From Phoronis australis (Eukaryota > Animalia > Phoronida): a DNA stretch of 64,000 bases. The translations under genes and the position numbers were made by a program. The stretch lies in assembly GCA_002633005.1 (NCBI GenBank), contig NMRA01000030.1, positions 381,980 through 445,979 of the forward strand. The letters run 5' to 3'. Positions 59,401 to 64,000 of this stretch are shown piece by piece; within the stretch, counting starts at the first letter, position 1; every line of letters begins with the position of its first letter. A model generated the notes under the pieces. That model worked only from the letters and a program-made list of their open reading frames with translations. It was not told the origin of the DNA and made no database searches.

Positions 59401-62400
59401 CATGAGATCACTATCAACATGCTTTGGTGATGTTCAGACTAACAGACACTTACCTTAAATTTCAAGGAAGAATACAACTGTCGTAACTAATTTGTTAACT
59501 GGACTGTTTGTTTTAGTTTTTATTACCAACAAATACTGTTGGAATTTTGTATGGTAACAAAAAATCAATTTTCAAAAAACAAGACAATTTGTGGCAGGCT
59601 AACATATCTTAATGTCACAACAGGGTATTCTTCTTGAAATCCCAACACTTAAGCTTCCCTAAATATGGTAATTCCCCACTTATTTTGCACAAAAATAATA
59701 ATTGCCAAAATTGCAATTTTTCAAAAGCTGATAACTTTACAGTGAAAGATGGAAAATTTACCAAACATTGTTTTTGTGGAAAATTTGGAAAAATAAAATT
59801 TCATTTGTGAGCTAAATAAGTCAGGAAACACCATATTTTCAAAGGTATAAACAGGATTGAACTGTGAGATGTGAGAGTCAGAATTGCACAGAACTCGCAT
59901 TCTATCTAGTGGCGTAACCAAATATTATCCACAAATGCACACAAACCCCTCCAACCAATTACAGTGACTACAATACATCTCTGCTTCACTGCACTACAGG
60001 CAGAATACCAAAACATTAAATAATGTTCCATGGGTTTACACATGTTCACAGAGCACAGTACACACAACTCATGGCGAAAACTGTCAGTTCACAACATGTC
60101 TGCAAATGTTCAAAAATTCTCAAAATGTTGCTTGGGCAACATCTGTATAGTACAATACCATGACAAGAACAAAGTGAACTTTGTTTATTCATTTCATGTA
60201 GATTTTTTTGGCAAAATAAATTTTAATTGACCACCATGTTTTGTCTTGATTGTCTGAAGACTGTATACCAGACCAAGACTAGTTACCAGTCAACTCAGAC
60301 AATATAGATGTGCAGATATAACATATACACAAAAACAGCACAAACCAGTCAGAAAAACACACTAAAAACCGTGACTTTAAAACACTAATTTCCACTAAAT
60401 TGTCACTGGAAATTTGGGGAAATTTTTGGAACAAAACGTGGCTTATTCTCTAATGTTTTACAATTTGTTTCATCTGATTTTCTTCACAATTTTGCCAAAT
60501 TAAGATAACTTCATTTTGGCACATTTTTTAAAAATAAGTGTTCTTTCAACATTGTTACCTCATTCATACGTAGAGCGTATGGTGTCAAAACTGGCTTGCA
60601 CTGATAAAATAAATCTGAGGAAACCAAAGAGAACTGGTCATTTACCTGGGAGTACAAATGAAGCCATGTTGACACAGCCAGTCACATTAACAATACACAG
60701 TGGAAACAAAGAGACCAAGAAAACATCAACATCTACAGTGTTACATCTGTTGCTACTCACCAGCGTACTGAGGGATGTTGTTAATGTATGGCTCAGGAGC
60801 TTGTCCGTTAACAGCTGGCATGGGGAAGGCAGCTGGAACCGTTGGCGGAATGATGGCCGGAGATGTACCATTCATGGCCGTGGTGCCGGCAGCTGGAAGG
60901 GACGATGTGTATGTTATGGAATGGAAGAAAACGCCTTATATCACCTTAGTGCTGTGGTTAGTGGCACATTATGTTTCAAAGAAAACATTAAGAGTAACCC
61001 CCCATGTCGCTTATGATGAAGACTTCTCTAGTAGTTTTGAAGAATGTCCAACAAAATGTACTAACACAACAGTGACAAAGTTAAACAACATATAAGTTGG
61101 TACTACAATAGAATCACAAAGTTTTACGTCAATAACTTTTAATGTTTGCAGTGCCCAATATCATACTTTGCATTCAAACAATTTTGAGAAGCCAACCAGT
61201 TGTTCTGAGAAGCATCGGTTCACACACACGAAGTGGAAGCAAATATGTCGCATGTGTTTCCGAGCAAGTATCAAGTATAGTACAAATGCCACGACCATAA
61301 ACAAAGTTTTCCAAAATTTGTCATTTCAAAGCAAGAAAATATTTGTTGACTTGTAGTGACTTTCAATACAAATGCTAAAATGTATTTGAAAAGTTGAACA
61401 TTTATGAAAGATGTGATTTTGAGTTACTTTTCTCTCCTAATATTCTTGACCACGTTACGCACCTGAGCTGCAGAATGAGTATCCCGACTGACTGATCAGC
61501 CAGTCGGGATACAACCATGTCCTGGTCAGTTTCACAGTAGCAAACCAATATTCAGGCAGTCCAGCTCTCTTATTGTCTGCTTTCATCTGATAACCTCATG
61601 TAATCCAGCAATTATGTTGTAAACAGTGTGCCTGAGGCTAACCCATATTTAAAAATACTATTTGCAAAGGACTCTCAACAAAATGTCGTGAAGCAGATGT
61701 GTTTTGAAATACTTTCACCAAAAACTTTGAATGGAGAAAAACGGTTGAAATTAGACTTAACTTCCACCTGTGGATTCCTTTGTGTACCAACACAAAACTC
61801 TTGCTTGACAAGTTTAATTGAGCCTCATTCTAGATCATGGTGATCATGATAGTGGAAATTTCTTGATTTTTACACTCCTGGAGAATGGCATGAAAACAGT
61901 GGCAGGAGAATTAATCTCCAGCCTTTGTTTTATTTCTTAACACTCTAGAAGAGCCAATATCAAGAAATTATGCAATCCCTCAGAGGGTGTATAATGTACA
62001 CACAGACAGTGTGCATGATACAAGTGCAAGAGAGAGAGAGAGTGAGAGAGATGATAGAATAGTGAGAGGTGTATACATACTGACGTATTGCTCTGTACCT
62101 GTGGTAGGTGTTAGAGCAGTAGTAGCAAGGCTGTTGGCCACATTCATAGCGTTCACTTGCTGCATCTGGGTCAGAGCTGTCGCTACGGGGTTAATGAAGG
62201 TCTGCCCTGGCGTGGCCATCAGTGGCTGCATTATCTGTGTGAAGAGAGAGGGTTATGTAGTAGTTGAATGTAGGAGGGTGAGGGTGATAATGGTCTATCC
62301 TGGGGTGGCCATTAGAGATATGCAGGAGGGTGAGGGTAATAATGGTCTGCCCTGGGGTGGCCAATAGGGATTGCAAGAGAAGAAAGAGGGTTATCATGAG

Positions 62401-63516
62401 GCAACTCCAATGCTAACATTTGGGGTTTTTCACCCCAACACCTAAAGTGAGCTTAAGCCAGACAGTGACTAAGCCATCATAATCAATTTACAAATTAATG
62501 CTCGTGGTTTAGCCGTGATGCTGAAAAAACCTATTTGCTACTTTTTCTTATAATGCATTAATTTTAAAAATTCAAAGATGTCTCCTATTTACTTTTCAAA
62601 TTTAAAAACAGTCATGTTGGTTGTTTGCCTTATTTATTGTTCATTTTTTGACTTTTGAAACTCGTACACTGAACAGGCATGCTGGTTTAATTATGACTAT
62701 AATCATCTCATCCAAAACGTTCAGCCATGCATGCGACTAGCTGCACTTCAATCTATGCATGACAGAGCCTTTGGTTTGCCGAGGAATTCACTAGATATTC
62801 TGGAGTAAACAGTGCATGCATTCTTATCCACTGGCGAGCAAATCCTGTTAGCGTAAGATTTGCCTAATGCATAACCGAAAAAAATCATGCCCTAACAGAG
62901 GCTGAGATAGTGTGAACTTGTGTAGCCATGAGAGACTGTATTATCAATGAGGAAGAGTGTTGCACGTAAATACAGAGTTAGAATGGAGCAAGTCAGGGAG
63001 GGTGAAAATGGCATGGCAATCACAAAATTGTATTAAGAGTGATAAGGGTTATATAGGTGAGAGTTTACAGTGAGTAATGGCTGGTGAGGCCTGGAATGGC
63101 CATCTCACATATTATAAACATTATACAAAGATATTTTTCTGTTCTTCTAGCACTCCAAAAATTTTTTTATGGGTTGACTTTCTATCTCTTGAAACATGCA
63201 CATGTACCAGCACAAGAATAACACACTTGAACACGGCTGGCCACCATTTGGGTATAAAGGGATATTGCCATCTTAAAGAGCCAGGATTGTAGTGTAGAAA
63301 GAGGATTCAAATAAGTTACCTCAGTAAGTGACTATGGTCTCCAACTCCACCTACCTGCGCGCCTTGCTGCATGTGAGCGTACCCTCCGACAGCATGGATT
63401 GGAGAGATGGCGTACGGGTTCACAATACCTAACGGTGCTGCCATCTGTTGCAGGCGCCGCATTGTCCGCTCACGTTCTGTGTCGGCAAACTTAACTACAA
63501 TACTCGACGAAGCACC
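56447..63516 (-). CDS. CELF4: CELF3-6 subfamily (Bruno-like/UNC-75) RNA-binding protein, 5'-partial
   Basis: Exons (minus): 63516-63355 ([26 protein letters not shown]), 62234-62099 or -62081, 60892-60761, 59059-58997 ([13 protein letters not shown]), 57653-57402 ([24 protein letters not shown]), 56574-56447 ([34 protein letters not shown]). The symbol marks the subfamily only, not 1:1 orthology. Confidence 0.92.
56575..57032. repeat. 21-bp minisatellite (GTGTAAAGGTGATATGAGAGT)n abutting the last CELF coding acceptor; assembly gap at 56743-56849
   Basis: Visible array with an N run; true length unknown. Confidence 0.95.
58798..58985. repeat. About 66-bp x2.7 repeat directly after a CELF donor
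   Basis: ACTGGTATTGC..CAC..TTT..GAGGTTTAG..TGGCTATAGTACATTGGTCCA units. Confidence 0.85.
61479..61512. repeat. 34-bp near-perfect palindrome in a CELF intron
   Basis: GTATCCCGACTGACTGATCAGCCAGTCGGGATAC, one mismatch. Confidence 0.85.
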
Positions 63517-64000
63517 CTGTTAAGAGAACGAGATGGATGCATACTATTTTGTACATGACTTCATCAAAACAAAGCATAATAAAGAGGTCAACATCCCACT
63601 GACTAGGCATTGCTAAAGAAATGTGCCCCCAATGACAATAAAAATATAAGAAAGTATTTGCTTGAGTATAGTGATGGAACAGTTTTAACAGATGACTGAG
63701 AGGAATTATAGTGCGTGTGACCCAGCTGACTAATGCCCATACATTGTGCAGGGTTTACTAATAAATCGGAGATTAATAGCAAATGTATGTTGATGAAACA
63801 CAATCAATACAGGCAAGAGCTAACACAGCAGCTCACTTGAGTTGTCTACATAAGGCCAAGTCATGTGTCAGTCTGAGCAATTTAAACACAAATGAGAATG
63901 AGTGTGCAGTATCTGTGAACCATTAAAAGACCAAAACACAACTCCCAAACTCCTAACCCTTTAAATCGTTTTTTTTAAAGAAAAGAATATGCCTATATAC

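Overview
Eukaryotic genomic DNA: AT-rich, intron-rich, from an invertebrate bilaterian (species not identifiable from sequence alone). Five genes were reconstructed by hand from GT/AG sites and reading-frame phase. (1) The 3' part of ZFYVE26/spastizin (+, 26 coding exons, 461-30711), with a DUF547-like domain spliced in frame. (2) A cytosolic sulfotransferase nested antisense in a ZFYVE26 intron, intact except for one in-frame TGA. (3) An intronless secreted F-type-lectin-fold / mini-kringle / 2xTSP1 gene (-, 32957-34123). (4) An apparently complete CPEB1/Orb gene (-, 11 coding exons, about 537 aa). (5) The 3' half of a CELF3-6/Bruno-like gene (-) with a probably very long 3' region. Introns hold several MITEs, an RTE LINE tail, tRNA-derived elements (one with a decayed hammerhead motif), a Helitron-like repeat array and many minisatellites, some built from copies of the adjacent splice site and exon edge. 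Most short ORFs in the track are spurious. No prokaryote-type features (CRISPR, rRNA). All homology calls are from motif recognition, not database searches.
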